Positions 14,166-26,499 of a stretch of DNA of 64,000 nucleotides are shown here, piece after piece. Source of the DNA: Chiloscyllium plagiosum (Eukaryota); NCBI RefSeq assembly GCF_004010195.1, contig NC_057719.1, positions 36,428,585 through 36,492,584 of the forward strand, read 5' to 3'. The first letter of the stretch is position 1, and each line of letters starts with the position of its first letter. The notes under the pieces were generated by a model. The model did not search any database and had not been told where the DNA came from. It was given only the letters and a program-made list of their open reading frames with translations. The translations under genes were made by a program, and so were the position numbers.

Positions 14166-14515
14166 GCAGTGGCATAGTAATACTGTCAGTGAACTATTAA
14201 ATCAAAATCCTGACTGATGTTCTGGGGACATGGGTTTGAATCACGCGATGGCAAGTGGTAAAATTTTTGATTCAATAATAAAAAGAATCTGGACTTAAAA
14301 ACTGACCTAATGGTTAACTATGTAACACTTGTTGTAAAAATCCATCTGATTCACTAATATCCCTTAGGGAAAATATTCTATCATCCTTACCTGGTGACTC
14401 TTATATGGGACTCTTGATCAGCAATGTGATTCTTAACTGCTCTCTGAAATGGCCCAAGCAAGTCAAACAGATCAAGGGACAATTAGGAATGGACAATAAA
14501 TGCTGGCCCAATATT
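14166..14515 (+). mobile_element. tRNA-derived SINE (related copies at ~13168-13420 and ~39260-39580)
   Basis: A-box-like tggcatagt and B-box-like gggtttgaatc; shares ttctggggacatg and tail with 39260-39580. Confidence 0.6.
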
Positions 14516-14534
14516 GCCTTGTGTGGCTCAAGGG

Positions 14535-14618
14535 CTGATGAAGGGCTTTTGCCCAAAACGTCAATTTTCCTCCTCCTTGGATGCTGCCTGACCAGCACCA
14601 CTCTAATCTAGACTCTGA
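14535..14618 (+). mobile_element. Penelope-derived terminal repeat with mutated hammerhead motif
   Basis: CTGATGA-A-GGGC-TTTT-GCCC-AAAA-CGTC followed by ggatgctgcctgacc. Confidence 0.7.
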
Positions 14619-14803
14619 AGTTTCTATAGGCTATCTAGACTATCTATAATAGAATTCTGTAAGATAGAGAGGTCATTGGACATTAGAGATCTAAGCCCCC
14701 TCTGAAAATGTTTTACCTTTAATCTTTTAAGTGTTGAATACCCAAAAATGTAGAATCTATTCTAATGTTATCATTTATTTTGTACAGAATCAAAATAATT
14801 CTT

Positions 14804-15045
14804 TTAGATTAGATTAGATTACTTACAGTGTGGAAACAGGCCCTTCGGCCCAACAAGTCCACNNNNNNNNNNNNNNNNNNNNNNNNNNNNNNNNNNNNNN
14901 NNNNNNNNNNNNNNNNNNNNNNNNNNNNNNNNNNNNNNNNNNNNNNNNGCAAACTCCACACAGTCAGTCGCCTGAGGCGGGAATTGAACCCGGGTCTCTG
15001 GCGCTGTGAGGCAGCAATGCTAACTACTGTGCCACAGTGCTGCCC
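14804..15045 (-). mobile_element. HE1 SINE spanning N gap 14863-14948
   Basis: (TTAGA)n tail, V-core and tRNA head; matches 17865-18165 in reverse. Confidence 0.9.
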
Positions 15046-16738
15046 ACTTGATTTCCGGCATAATTCTTTCTTACTTTACAATGTACTAGGCTCTCCACTT
15101 CTATTATTATTGACAAATTATACATCTCATTAATTTAATTTTGTTCTATTTTATGTTATCTTATTCTTAGTGTGTCACAGATTAGTTTTCCCACTTGCCT
15201 CTGCTGAGATACGCTCAGCTTAATCCTTTGTCATCGTCACTATTGCTACTATTACATAACAAAACAACAGCCCCTCTAGAGAGCATCACTTAGAACGTAC
15301 ATTGAATTCAAATAACTTGCAAGGTGGTAGAACTGTCATATCAGAAAGAGGACAATATAATTTGGGCTCATTATAAATTTATGAAATCCAAGATGTTATA
15401 ACTACATTAGCATTTTCTAAATTATTTTGCTCCTTCTGGGAAATGTTATGTGATAACACAATTTTTTTGGAATCAGGAAGGAATGGCATCTAGAAGGTCT
15501 TTCGATTTGAGAAAACCCATTAAAGTAAATTATTGTTTCATCATTTTAGATTCTTTTTAAAATTTCAGTTCAAATTGAGGCATTCGTAGCATCTTCATAG
15601 CATTACCACAAAATACCATTGAAAGCATTAGTGGCTCAAAAACCCATGACCATTCTACTACGTTACTGGAAGTTTATACCAGAAATGATTTCTGCTGGGT
15701 CATGATCTTGTGTAGGGGATTTGTTATGTTTTGGAAGAGTTAATCATCTTTAAAAAATCTTCCAAAGCTGATGGCAGGTATTGCATACAATTGCGATTGG
15801 TTCTAAATCAGCAATGTATGCATTATCAGGGAACCAGCTTGGGATCTCTGAAGAAAGACACTTGAGTTTTAAAAATATTTGAAATGTGCTGCCCAAAGAA
15901 AATTGTTCTTCCTTGTTTCTGAGTTCCCAACCACTCCTCCTGTATAAGTCACTCTGCTGCTGCCATTCGCCCAAACTTATAAGTTTTTACAGCATCAGGT
16001 TCACATGACCCAGGCAGGTACACATCAATATTTGATAGGATGTGCCCTCTTCCCTACTTCTGTTGATGTTTAGCGCCTTTATTGCTCCAGTATAAATATT
16101 GTGTTGGAAGGAAGTGTCTAGCATTTTTAGCAATTTTCATGTTCTCAGGACATCATCAAACACTACAACTAAGAGGTACTTTTAAAACAATTACTGTTGT
16201 AGTGCAGAGAAATGAGAAAGTTATATGATGCTTAGCAAGGTCTCACAGATACAGTCAAAAGGTATCATCATGGAATTAGGCTACTATATTGATTTGAACA
16301 TGAGTAATTTCCTTCCTAATAAAATGTGATTTGCAAGGATGTTTGTCACATCTTGGATGAAGACAAACTAAGACCAGTTCACAGAGTTGGAAAATTTTAC
16401 TGAGGTTTCTCCCCACAAAATGACAATCGCGAATTGGAACATGATTGCAGCCACAGAAGAAGTCTTCCTTTCAATATAGAAAATGCACAAAATTACTAAA
16501 GGTGTATTTGCAATAAACTGGACAATTTATTGTCCTCATGAAAGGAGTGGCAAATGCTACCACACATATAATGCTTAAAGTTATGATGGCTTTGGAAAAC
16601 ACCGAGCCTATCCTGCAAATAACATTAACATTCCAAAATGTATAAATCTGACACTTCTACTATATAGACAACTAACGATTACTACAAGTGAAACAAAATA
16701 TGCAAATTAAAGATAAGCAGCTACAAGGCATGCTGTTC

Positions 16739-17572
16739 ATAGAACATAGAACATAGAAAAGTACAGGACATAAAAGGCCCTTAGGCCCACGATATTGTGC
16801 CGAGACTTAATCCTAATGTAAAATATAGTAACTTAACCTACGCACCCCTCAACTCACTGCTATCCATGTGCATGTGCAGCAGTCGCTTAAATGTCCTCAA
16901 TGACTTTGATTCCACCGCCTCAATTGGCAACGCATTCCATGCATTCACAACTCTGTGTAAAGAACCTATCTCTGATGTCTCCTTTATACCTTCCTCCTAA
17001 TATCTTCAAACTATGACTTCTTGGACCAGTCAACCCTGGGGAAAAGTCTCTGGCTATTGACTCTATCTATTCCTCTCATTATTTTGTACACCTCAATCAG
17101 GTTTCCTCTCTTCCTCCTTCTTTCCAGAGAGAAAAGTCTGAGCTTATTCAACCTTTCTTCATAAGGCAAGCCCTCCAGTCCAGGCAGCATCCTGGTAAGC
17201 CTTCTCTGCACCCTCTCCAAACTCTGTATCTTTCCTATAGTAGGGCGACCAGAACTGGACACAATATTCCAAGTGTGGTCTCACCAGGGGCTTGTAGAGC
17301 TGCAGCAAAACCTCGCGGCTCTTAAACCCTGTTAATGAAAGCCAAAACACCATGTGCTTTCTTAACAACCCTATCCATTTGAGTGGCAACTTCGAGGGAT
17401 CTATGTACTTGCACACCCAGATCCCTCTGTTTCTCCACACTGCCAAGAATCCTGTTGTTAATCCTATATGCAGTGTTGGAGTTCGACCTTCCAAAATGCA
17501 TCACTTTGCATTTATCCAGGTTGAACTCCACCTGCCACTTCTCAGCCCAGCTCTGCATCCTGTCTATGTGCA
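16739..17572 (-). mobile_element. 5'-truncated CR1/HER1 LINE
   Basis: ORF2 C-terminus (QLYKPLVRPHLEYCVQFWSP; LERVQRRLTRMLPG) with (ATAGAAC)n tail. Confidence 0.95.
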
Positions 17573-17864
17573 TAGAGATTCTGTCAAGTTGAAGACAATG
17601 GCACTTATATTGAAAGAGACATTCTTGAATATTGTGCAAATGAAAGTCTTAGATCACTAGAAGGACAAGCTGGAAAAATAACAGCTCTGACTGCGTGTCC
17701 CAACTCTGCAAATATTTGTGTGAACAAGTGGAGGTGCACTTAGTGAGTGAATCATGACATAGAACAGTCTTCAATCCTATTTTGGTGCACAGTCTGCTGT
17801 TTTGGACCACACAAGCTTTCTCAATGTCCTCAGGAACATAGGAACAGGAAACCATCTAGCCCCA

Positions 17865-18165
17865 GTGGGTGGCACAGTGGTTAGCACTGCTGTCTCACAG
17901 CGCCAGAGACTCAGGTTCCATTCCCGCCTCAGGCGACTGACTGTGTGGAGTTTGCACGTTCTCCCCGTGTTTGCGTGGGTTTCCTCCGGGTGCTCCGGTT
18001 TCCTCCCATAGTCCAAAGATGTGCAGGTCAGGTGAATTAGCCATGCTAAATTGCCCGTAGTGTTAAGTGAAGGGGTAAATGTAGGCGTATAGGTGGGTTG
18101 TGCTTCAGTGTGGACTTGTTGGTCCGAAGGGCCTGTTTCTACGCTGTAAGTAATCTAATCTAATC
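17865..18165 (+). mobile_element. HE1 SINE, full length
   Basis: tRNA head (ggtggcacagtggttagc; ggttccattcc), V-core gtgtggagtttgcacgttctccccgtg, (TAATC)n tail. Confidence 0.95.
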
Positions 18166-19055
18166 AAACCGATTTGTCATTCAGTGAAATCATGGCTGAT
18201 CTGTGATTTAAGTTTACATACCCAGTTTTCCTCAAATCCTCAAATAACAAACTCAGAATTAAAATGTACAATTCACCACGCACCAATTCTTGTGTGTACC
18301 CTTTGTTTGCATGAATTTTTAAAAATTTCACTCTTAAAAGGTATGTTTCTGATATTTTAGATTTTTTATCTGCTATTAACAACAGAACTAGTTTGCATGG
18401 ACAGAAATTATCTGTTTACCCTAGTATCTTGAAAACGTCAATCATTGCTTAATTTTCTAAACTCCTAAGAACACAAACCAAGTTAATGTAATCTCTCCTC
18501 AAAATTAAAATTCCAATTTAACACAATCACAGAAGTAGGCATAAACAATATTGGAAAACATCGCCCCTCCAGTTGCCCACTGTTACTGGGTATTCCCGAG
18601 ATCTTAGCCTCTGTTTCAGGGTGGTAATGATTTGCTTCACATACTCATGGCAACTGCATGGTTCTCTTTGTCTGGTGCTATCTACATAAGGTGAGGTGGT
18701 GGTCAGGAGTTATGAGCCAGATATAGAGCAGGTATCCTTTGTCACTCAGCAGTCAGTCTCCAGTTCCACATGCTGTGTCAAATTCCACACACCATGTCAA
18801 TGTACTGACTACTCAAACATATAGAAAGTCAAATCTGCATATTACTAATATTAGATTTATAAATACCAAGACAATCAAACCTTACTCTCAATAAAACTAC
18901 AGAAAAGAGCATAGTGGTGATAAAATGTTTAAGGGTTAAATTTCAAAAATGGTACTGAGAGTTGGGGTTAGGTGAGGAAGCACTTAGCACCTGAGTGTTT
19001 AAAAATGTCTGAAGCATGATGGAAGCAAAACTAACAGTATTCTTTTTTATTTCAG

Positions 19056-19190
19056 TTCTTCACCAAAACAGCTCCAAAATTACCAACTCGAACTGCAGGA
19101 GCCAGAACTGGACATGATTTACCTACATCTGGAGACAGAACTTCAACACACACAGGAAAAGCTGAAAGAGCTGACAGAAACATTACAAAG
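19056..19190 (+). CDS. BEGAIN-like gene, first visible coding exon (coiled coil)
   Basis: ttttttatttcag acceptor, AG|gttt donor, phase 2/2. Translates SSPKQLQNYQLELQEPELDMIYLHLETELQHTQEKLKELTETLQR, resembling BEGAIN YLEIELRRAQEELEKVTEKLR. Frame-compatible with the next exon. Confidence 0.85.
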
Positions 19191-19856
19191 GTTTATTTTC
19201 AAATAAAATGAATCTAGAAACAAAATTAATAATTTGATTAGACTTCAAAATATTTTCAATTTTATTCATTAATGCAGAGAATTATTCAAGTAAAATGTTT
19301 GTTTTCCATTTTATGACACAGCGTAAAACAGAATGGCTGTTGCTTCCCAAAGCAACAGGGACCACAATTTCATTTCAAGAAGCTTTGTAAGAATTGCTTG
19401 CTTATAATTTCATTTTTTTAAATTTAGGGATTGTTACATATCTGGCTAAGTGATTCTCATGGTGGCAGTACTACATTGTGGTAATAACAATAGTCATAAT
19501 CATCTTACATTGACACAATGTGGCTGGCCCTAATTTGAAATATTTATTGGCATTAGTCTTGTTTCATTCAAACAACAATAGCAAACAGTGATGTTGAAAT
19601 TTATATACACTGGCTTATCAATACAAATTATGTCGAGGGAAAAATCCCTACAATGCAATAGGTACTGAGTTTGGTTTTGCTTTTAGCAAGGTATTTTTAC
19701 CTGATGTGGCAATGCTTACGTTACTTTTTGTAACATAAGAAACTAAGCATGGATAGTTATTGAAACATTTAATATTACAATAGAGTCATAGAGTCTTAGC
19801 ACGGAAACAGACCCTTCGGTCCAACTCATCCATGCTGACTAGATATCCTATGTAAA

Positions 19857-22800
19857 TAGAATATAGAACATAGAAAAGTACAGCACAGAACAGGCCCTTT
19901 GGGCCACGATGTTGTGCCAAGATTTAATCCTAATGTAAAATATAGTAACAACCTACGCATCCCTCAACTCACTACTATCCATGTGCATGTCCAGCAGTTG
20001 CTTAAATGTTCCCAAGGACTCTGCTTCCACCACCACCGCTCACAACGCATTCCATGCATTCACAACTGTCTGCGTAAAGAACCTACCTCTGACATCTCCT
20101 TTATACCTTCCGCCTAATATCTTCAAACTATGACTTCTCATACCAGTTAATCCTGCCCTGGCTATTGACTCTATCTATTCCTCTCACTATTTTGTACACC
20201 TCGATCAGGTCTCCTCTCTTCCTCCTTCTCTCCAGAGAGAAAAGTCTGAGCTTATTCAACCTTTCTTCATACGGCAAGCCTTCCAGTTCAGGCAGCATCC
20301 TGGTAAACCTTCTTTGCACCCTCTCCAAAGCTTCTGTATCTTTCCTATAATAGGGCGACCAGAACTGGACACAATATTCCAAGTGTGGTCTCACCAGGGG
20401 CTTGTAGAGCTGCAGCAATACCTCGCGGCTCTTAAACCCTGTTAATGAAAGCCAAAACACCATATGCTTTCTTAACAACCTTATCTACTTGGGTGGCAAC
20501 TTTGAGGGATCTATGTACTTGCACACCCAGATCCCTCTGTTCCTCCACTTTGCCAAGAATCCTATCTTTAATCCTATATTCAGCATTCGAATTTGACCTT
20601 CCAAAATGCATCACTTTGCATTTATCCAGGTTGAACTCCATCTGCCATTTCTCAACCCAGTTCTGCATTCTGTCTATGTCGCACTGCAGCCTGCAGTAGC
20701 CCTCTATATTATCGACGACACCTCCAACCTTTGTGTCATCTGCAAATTTACTAACCCACCCCTCAACCTCCTCATCCAAGTCATTTATAAAAACTACAAA
20801 GAACAGAGGCTCAAGTACAGAGCCCTGCGGGACCCCACTCAACACTGACCTCCAGGCAGAATACTTTCCATCTATAATCACTCTCTGCCTTCTGTCAGCC
20901 AGCCAATTCTGAATTCAGATAGCCAAATCTCCCTGCATCCCATACTTCCTGATGTTATGAATGAGCCTATCATGGGGAACCCTATCAAATGTCTTGCTGA
21001 AATCCATATATACCACATCCACTGCTCGATTGTCGTCAACCTGTCTTGACATCTCCTCAAGGAACTCAGTAAGATTTGTGAGGCATGACCAGCCCCTCAT
21101 AAAGCCATGCTGACTGCCTTTAATCACCCTATGCTTTGCCAAATAGTCATAAATCCTATCCCTCAGAATTCTTTCCAAAACTTTGCTGACCACAGATGTA
21201 AGACTGGCTGGTTTGTAATTGCCAGTGATTTCCCTATTACCCTTCTTGAAAAGTGGAACAACATTCATTGCCTTCCAATCCTCTGGTACGACTCCCATGG
21301 AGAGTGAGGAGGCAAATATCCTCGCCAGCGGCTTAGCAACCTCCTTTCTTGCTTCCTGGAGCAGCCTAGGATAAATCCGGTGTGGCCCTGGGTACTTATA
21401 AATCTTAATGTTTTCCAAAGTTTCCAGCACATTAACTTCATCAATCTTGATCTGGTCTAGACTGTATCCCAGCTCCTCTAAGTTTTCATTTATAACAAGT
21501 TCCCTTTCCTTGGTGAAAACCGAAGCAAAAAACTCATTTCGGGCTTCCCCTATCTGCTCGGACACCACGCAGAAGTTCCCTCCGCTATCCCTGATCGGCC
21601 CTACCTTCACTCTGATCATTCTCTTATTCTTCATGTATGAGTAAAACGCCTTTGGGTTCTCCCTAATCCTTCTTGCCAAGCCTTTTTTGTGACCCCTCCT
21701 GGCTCTCCTCAGTCCATTTCTGAGCTCCTTTCTAGCAAGCCTGTAATCCTCTAAAGCTGTGCTAGATCCTTGCTTCCTCCACATTACGTTAGCTGCTTCT
21801 TCCTTTTGACAAGAAGTTCCTCTATTCTCGTCATCCAAGTTCCTTAATCTTATCCCTTCTTACCTGCCTCAGAGGAACAAATTTGTGCATCACTCGCATC
21901 AACTGCTCCTTAAATAGTCTCCACATGTCTGCTGTGCCCTTTCTGTGGAACAATTGCTCCAAGTCTATTCTTCCCAAATCCTGTCTGATTGCGTCATAAT
22001 TTCCTTTTCCCCAACTGAATATCTTCTCTCAGTAATTGCTCCTTTCACTTTCCAAGGCTATGCTAAATGTGAGGCAGTTGTGATCACTGTCACCAAAGTG
22101 CTCTCCCACTGCGAGATCTGACACCTGTCCTAGCTCATTGCCGAGCACCAAATACAAAATGGCCTCTCCCCTCATCGGTCTGTTGACATATTGAGTAAGG
22201 AAACCCTCCTGAACACACCTGACAAAATTGGCTCCATCCAAACCATCTACACTTAGGAGGTTCCAGTCGATATTGGGAAAGTTGAAATCACCCATAACAA
22301 CAACCCTGCTACTTCTGCATTTTTCCAGAATCTGCCCACCTATGAGATCTTCAATCTCTCTACAGCTATTAGGTGGTTTGTAGAAAACCCCCAATGTGGT
22401 GACTGTTCCCTTGCTGTTCCTAACTTCCACACATACTGACTCAGTAGACAAACCTTCCTCAACAACCTTTGTTTTTGTAGTTGTGATGCACTCTCTGATT
22501 AGCAATGCTACACCCCCTCCTCTTTTTCCACCCTCCCTGTTCTTTTTAAACGTTTTAAACCCTGGAACATCAAGCAACTATTCCTGCCCCAGTGAAACCC
22601 ACGTCTCCATTATGGCCACAATATTGTAGTCACAAGTACTGACCCATGCTCTAAGTTCGTCACTCTTATTTCGGACACTCCTTGCATTACAGCAGACACA
22701 CTTTAACCGATCCCTTTGTTTCATCGCGTGAGAAACCTTCCTTTTAGATTCAATATATCCTGTCACTGTCACGTCTGCAACTGACCCCCTCTTAGACATG

Positions 22801-23536
22801 TGGCTCTGATTCCCACCCCCCCCCTGCCAAACTAGTTTAAACCCTCCCGAATCACACGAGCAAATCTCCCACACAGGACATTAGTACCCCTCCAGTTCAG
22901 ATGCAACCCGTCCTTCATGTACAGGTCCCACCTTCCCCAGAAGATATCCCAATGGTCTAAAGACCTCCCACCTGCGCCAGCCTTGCAGCCACGTGTTAAG
23001 CTGCATTCGCTGACTGTTCCTCATCTCACTATCTCACGGCACCGGTAGCAAACCTGAAATCACTACTCTATTCATCCTGCTCTTCAGCTTCCAACCTAAC
23101 TGTCTGTAGCTGCTCCCCCTCCCCCTTCAGAATCTTGTAAACCCGATCGGCAACATCCCAGACCCTGGCAAAAGGGAGGCCACATACCTTCCGGGAGTCC
23201 CGTTCCTGACCACAAAATCTCCTGTCAATCTGTCTAACTATTGAGTCCCCGACCACTAGCGCTTTTCTATTTTCCTCCTTCCGTTCTGAGCCACAGTGCC
23301 AGGCTCAGTGCCAGAGACCTGATAACTGTGGCTTACCCCTGGTAGGCCGTCCCCACCAGCAGTATCCAAAATGGTATACTTATTGCTGAGGGGAACGGAC
23401 ACAAGGGATTCCTGCTCTGACCGTCGGTTCTCTTTCTTCCCCCTGACAGTAACCCAGCTGTCCTTATCCTGTGTTTGGGGAGTGACCACCTCTCTGTATA
23501 TCCTCTCAATTTCCCCCTCAGCCTCCCGTTTGCCAT
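19857..23536 (-). mobile_element. Near full-length CR1/HER1 LINE with frameshifts and stops
   Basis: ORF1 SGNH-esterase (VGDSIVR), APE endonuclease (GDFNFPNIDW, GDSDHN), RT ([15 protein letters not shown]), (ATAGAAC) tail. Inserted into an older CR1 tail split as 19780-19856 and 23537-23580. Confidence 0.97.
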
Positions 23537-23589
23537 CTAGTCCTATTTGCCAGCATTTGGCCTATATCCCTCTAAACCCAAGTTCTGAT

Positions 23590-24095
23590 CAGGTCTTGGG
23601 GATTTATCCACGTTTATACGTTTTAAGACATCCAGCACGTCCTCATCTGTAATATGGACGTTTTTCAATATGTCACTATTCATTTCCCCATGTTCTGTAT
23701 CTTCCATAAATTCTCCACAGTTAACACTGATGCAAAATACTCATTTAGTATCTCACCCATCTCCTGCAGTTCCACACGTAGGCAGCCTTGCTGATTTTAA
23801 GCAGTTTTATTCTGTCTCTAGTTACCCTTTTGTCTTTAATGTATTTATAGACCAAAGGACCCTTCAGCCCTCGATGTTGCACCAACCTGTGAAAGCAATC
23901 TGAAGCCCATCTATCCTACACTATTCCATTCTCATCCATATGTTTATCCAATGACCATTTAGGTGCCCTTAAAGATAGTGAGTCTATGACTGTTGCAGGC
24001 AGGGCATTTCACACCCCTATCACTCTCTGAGTGAATCCCTTTGGGTTCTCCTTAACCCTATTTGCCAAACCTATTTCATGTCCCTTTTTTGCCCA
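23590..24095 (-). mobile_element. CR1 fragments (linker region interrupted by another 3' tail at ~23848-24032)
   Basis: Similar to 48820-49000; interrupted by gacccttcagccctcgatgttg tail sequence. Confidence 0.65.
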
Positions 24096-24849
24096 TATTG
24101 AAACATTTAATTAAAATATATAAATATTACATTTCACAGATATCTGATGTCTAGGGTAGTATTAAGCTATTTGATTAATTCAGAGCTGCATTGCTTTCCT
24201 GCTATGCTTTAAGTGATCTGAGTTTAGATGGAGCATGTAATCTTTATATCCTTCTGTCAAATGCCATGGTATAGTGATAATACCATGATCTCTTAAAAGT
24301 ATAACGACGCACTGTGTCTCCTAAAGGTAGACCATGAGATATAACACATCTCCCTTTCTCAAAAGATTAATAAAACCCACATACATGTTCATGTATAGTC
24401 ACATATTGTTAGTTTGATTATTACACAAACAGCGAAAAGAGAATTTACAAGATGAAAATTTCAAACTTCAATGTAACACTTTGGAAGTTTGACAACTCAT
24501 TATAGCCTCTCTGGAAAGGTTTATACTGTTCTGTGTTGCCCTTGTTTGACAAATTGGTTTTCTTACTGCTGATTGCTGTCATTTAGTATTATCATACATC
24601 ATCATTGTCAGAACTTTCCACTTCAATTACTTTGTGTATTTTGATGTGTTGCATGTTGGGCTGAGTATGCTCCTGTCCTTCACAATGCAGCACCATGATC
24701 AGTAATGATTTTGTGTTATCTGGGCTAATTGCATGTTTTAGAAACCTTAGCTGGTATCATTGTATCTCTAATTCATACTGTTTGTTCAGTGTGCAGTTTT
24801 AGTAGGTCCATATCTGCTCACCCATCAGGTATTTCATTCATTCTCATCT

Positions 24850-25955
24850 TTCAAAATATAACATCCTGTCAAAATAATATCCTGTTCCTCAGAATCATTA
24901 GATAATTGATTGCTGGGTAAAATCATTGCCTTCTGATCACAAGTTATACTTGGGATGGTAATCCTTTCCCCATTGGTGCTGCATGAAAACACAGCAATGC
25001 AATTTAACTACTTCAACATATGGGTCACTCCTCACTTTGTACACATCTGGAATGTTTTGCTAGTGTATAGCTGTCCACTGCCAAAGATGATCCATTCTGG
25101 AATATTGGATAAACTGAACATACTATCCATCATTCTAGTAACAGTTGCACTCGTTGTATTGCTAAATCATGGAACAATGGGAAACTTAGAGAAGTAATCC
25201 ATCACAATAATATAATTTTCTCCAAACTCTGTGAGTAAGTTTGTTGCTACTTTTGCTCAAGGACTGGCTGGAATATTGTGTGGATACTTCATCTGCTGCT
25301 GGGCTTTTGGCATGCATTCACAAGTCATTGACTATCCTGTTTAATTCCTGACCAATGTGCAGACTCACTTGCTAGCCAGCTATTTGTTCAATATCGTTTT
25401 TACATAATGCTTCTACAATTAGGACTTGTTTACCCTTTAAAATGACTTGTTGTGATTATACCAAGATCAACCCTGTATGACAAAAGTGAATTAATTTTCT
25501 CAGGTACTTAGTATTGCAGGCCATGACTGGATAATTATCTTTTGCAGCTCTAGTAATTGCTCACCTTCGGCAGTGGCCGATTGCAGCTGTTCACACTGGC
25601 TCTTGTCAAAGTGTAATAGATCAATCTTGATAACGTCTTCAATGTTATAGTCCAGAGCATCAATGTGCTGAGGAAGGGTCACTGAACTACCAAGATTAAC
25701 TCTGATTTCTCTGGCAGATGTTGCCAGACCTGCTGAGCCTTTCCAGCAATTTCTGTTTTTGTTTCTGATTTCCAGCATCCACTGTTCTTTTGGTTTTGTT
25801 GTGCAGATCAAGATGATTATCCTGGTCTTTGTGTGAGATGGGTAATCTGCTCAGAGTCCCAGATATAATCTTCCTGACATCTGATATATACTTCACTTCA
25901 AACTTATATCCTTGCACCTTGGCTAGATGCTACAAATCGGGCGATGCATCATGAA
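24850..25955 (-). mobile_element. Degenerate Gypsy pol remnant (RNase H to integrase)
   Basis: QGYKFEVKYI...LSRLP; LLELQKIIIQSWP; integrase-like KVATNL..IIVMDYFS. Interrupted by a Penelope-type terminal fragment at ~25666-25800. Confidence 0.7.
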
Positions 25956-26066
25956 AGAGTTGATTTGATTTGATTTATTGTAGTCACATGAACCTAAGAA
26001 CAGTGAAAAACTTTGATTTGTGAGCAATACAGTCAGATCATAGCAAACAAGGACATACAGATCATA

Positions 26067-26195
26067 GGAGAAAGTGAGGACTGCAGTAGCTGGAGATCAG
26101 AGCTGAAAATGTGTTGCTGGAAAAGCGCAGCAGGTCAGGCAGCATCCAAGGAGCAGGAGAATCGACGTTTCGGGCATGAGCCCTTCTTCAGGAAT
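26067..26195 (-). mobile_element. Penelope-derived terminal repeat
   Basis: Same family as 14535, 36714 and 60082; carries a hammerhead core. Confidence 0.8.
26161..26195 (-). ncRNA. Minimal type I hammerhead ribozyme motif, core intact
   Basis: The - strand reads ATTC-CTGAAGA-A-GGGC-TCAT-GCCC-GAAA-CGTC-GAT: CUGANGA, 4-bp stem II, GAAA, palindromic ACGU in place of stem III, GUC cleavage triplet. Confidence 0.75.
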
Positions 26196-26499
26196 GGGTG
26201 ATCGAGAGTTTGAGAACATGATTCATCAGCAGAGAAACAGCAACTGTGGCATCCCAGGAAATTTGTGAGTTGATTGTTTAACAGTAACTGCTGTTCTGTA
26301 CAATATTGCAACACCAGTCATTTTGAACAGCAGGAATGTTTAAACTAGCACAAACTGAAAACAAGGCATAGTGGAGGAAGCTGATTAGTGAGTTAGGGAA
26401 AAGAAATTGCTACTCATCTCTAGTTTATAGGAATAGTAAAAGAGTAAGTTCAAAGGAAGTAAACTTAACTAAAGTCAAAGTAATGAATTATAAGCCTAT

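Noticed and set aside
15980..16023. Possible first exon ATGACCCAGGCAG|gtacac
   Set aside because: The ATG is in the wrong phase for the next exon; no other support.
17865..17935. tRNA gene
   Set aside because: It is the tRNA-derived head of an HE1 SINE.
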